Source: Macrostomum lignano (Eukaryota). From it: a DNA stretch of 64,000 nt. The DNA lies in contig NIVC01001659.1 in NCBI GenBank assembly GCA_002269645.1, positions 190,455 to 254,454 of the forward strand, written 5' to 3'. The stretch's first letter is position 1, and the number at the start of each line of letters is the position of its first letter. Shown piece after piece: positions 62,775 through 64,000 of the stretch. The notes beneath the pieces were generated by a model. It did no database searches. It saw only the letters and a program-made list of their open reading frames with translations, and was not told where the DNA came from. Position numbers and translations under genes: made by a program.

Positions 62775-63305
62775 CACAGGAGCAGGGAGTCCCAAAATCT
62801 GTCCATAGGAGCAGGGAATCTCAAAATCTTACCCCACAGGAGCAGGGAATCTCAAAATCTCACCCCACAGGAGCAGGGAATCTCAAATCTCACTCCACAG
62901 GAGCAGGGAATCTCAAAATCTCACCCCACAGGAGCAGGGAATCTCAAAATCTCACTCCACAGGAGCAGGGAATCTCAAAATCTCACTCCAAGGAGCAGGG
63001 AATCTCAAATGTCACTCCAGGAGCAGGGAATCTCAAAATCTCACCCCACAGGAGCAGGAAATCTCAAAATGTCACTCCACAGGAGCAGGGAATCTCAAAA
63101 TCTCACTCCACAGGAGCAGGGAATCTCAAAATCTCACTCCACAGGAGCAGGGAATCTCAAAATGTCACTCCACAGGAGCAGGGAATCTCAAAATCTCAAC
63201 AGGAGCAGGAAATCTCAAAATGTCACTCCACAGGAGCAGGGAATCAAATCTCACAACAGGGATCCAAATCTCACCCCACAGGAGCAGGGAATCTCAAAAT
63301 CTCAC
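62775..63305. repeat. ~31-bp minisatellite
   Basis: ctcac(c/t)ccacaggagcagggaatctcaaaat units. Confidence 0.93.
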
Positions 63306-63754
63306 TATATCAAATGTCACAATTAGTGCCTGAATTACAACAGAGTCACTTAAAGAAGACAGCATGCTCTCAAAAAGAAAATTAGTTCAAGTAAGTGAAA
63401 AGTGTCAAAGCTGTATAAGTACTAGAAAAAACAGGTGGGAATGTTCTCAGAAACGGATAATTAGTAAGCTTTCTTGTGCTCGAACGCATCGAGGATGCGA
63501 AATGTCTGGCAGCGCTTCCTGCAGTCTTGCAGGCGTTCAGATTGAGGCCGAAAAATCTTTTTGCTGCAGCTAATACGCACAAATTAATAAATAAGTGAAT
63601 AAATAATAAACGAGCGCTGAAAATCACAGAGAGGCAACGCCGACACAAGAGACTTATGCGGCACGAAATCTTGTTGTTGAGTTTGGCCAAGCCCGTATGA
63701 CCTGGACAGTGGCGTGACTTCTCACTCTGGACAATGCAGGTGTTTGCGCTGGGC

Positions 63755-64000
63755 ACAGATTAATCGGGGGAGGGAGGTGGAGTCAGTGTACATTGGGCAC
63801 AGATTAATCGGGAGGGAGGTGGGAGTCAGTGTACATTGGGCAAGATTAATCGGGAGGGAGGTGGGAGTCAGTGTACATTGGGGCAGATTAATCGGGGAGG
63901 GAGGTGGGAGTCAGTGTACATTGGGACAGATTAATCGGGAGGGAGGTGGGAGTCAGTGTACATTGGGGCACAGATTAATCGGGGAGGGAGGTGGGAGTCA
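63755..64000. repeat. ~41-43-bp minisatellite running off the window end
   Basis: gggcacagattaatcgggagggaggtgggagtcagtgtacatt units. Confidence 0.92.

Overview
Eukaryotic (animal) genomic DNA, gene-dense, with GC3-rich exons and AT-rich spacers. Most longer introns contain their own distinct minisatellite, a style resembling the flatworm Macrostomum (organism identity is my inference, not verified). Recognisable genes: RPL14 (+, 2 exons), VPS16 (+, 7 exons, 896 aa), SEC11 signal peptidase (+, 2 exons), Lunapark (+), DNAJC28-like (-), a truncated MDH/MDH1B-like protein (-), MEIOC-like (-) and PARP3-like (-, 7 exons, 545 aa). There are also several hypothetical genes, three of them nested in the 5.5-kb VPS16 intron 3; one of these is a secreted TPM/MOLO-1-like protein. 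Mobile DNA: a decayed LINE RNase H fragment, a solo-LTR-like element with a dense MEF2/CRE/AP-1 palindrome cluster, a Tc1/IS630-like remnant and several MITEs. Most long ORFs in the supplied track are artefacts of stop-free repeats. Strongest leads: (1) DNAJC28 has no usable in-frame ATG before its J domain, but has a phase-0 acceptor that a flatworm spliced-leader AUG would complete, possibly within an operon; (2) the nested genes; (3) minisatellites built from ETS sites, Pol III B-boxes or splice-donor motifs; (4) an MDH-fold pseudoenzyme with an RFX X-box over its start codon.
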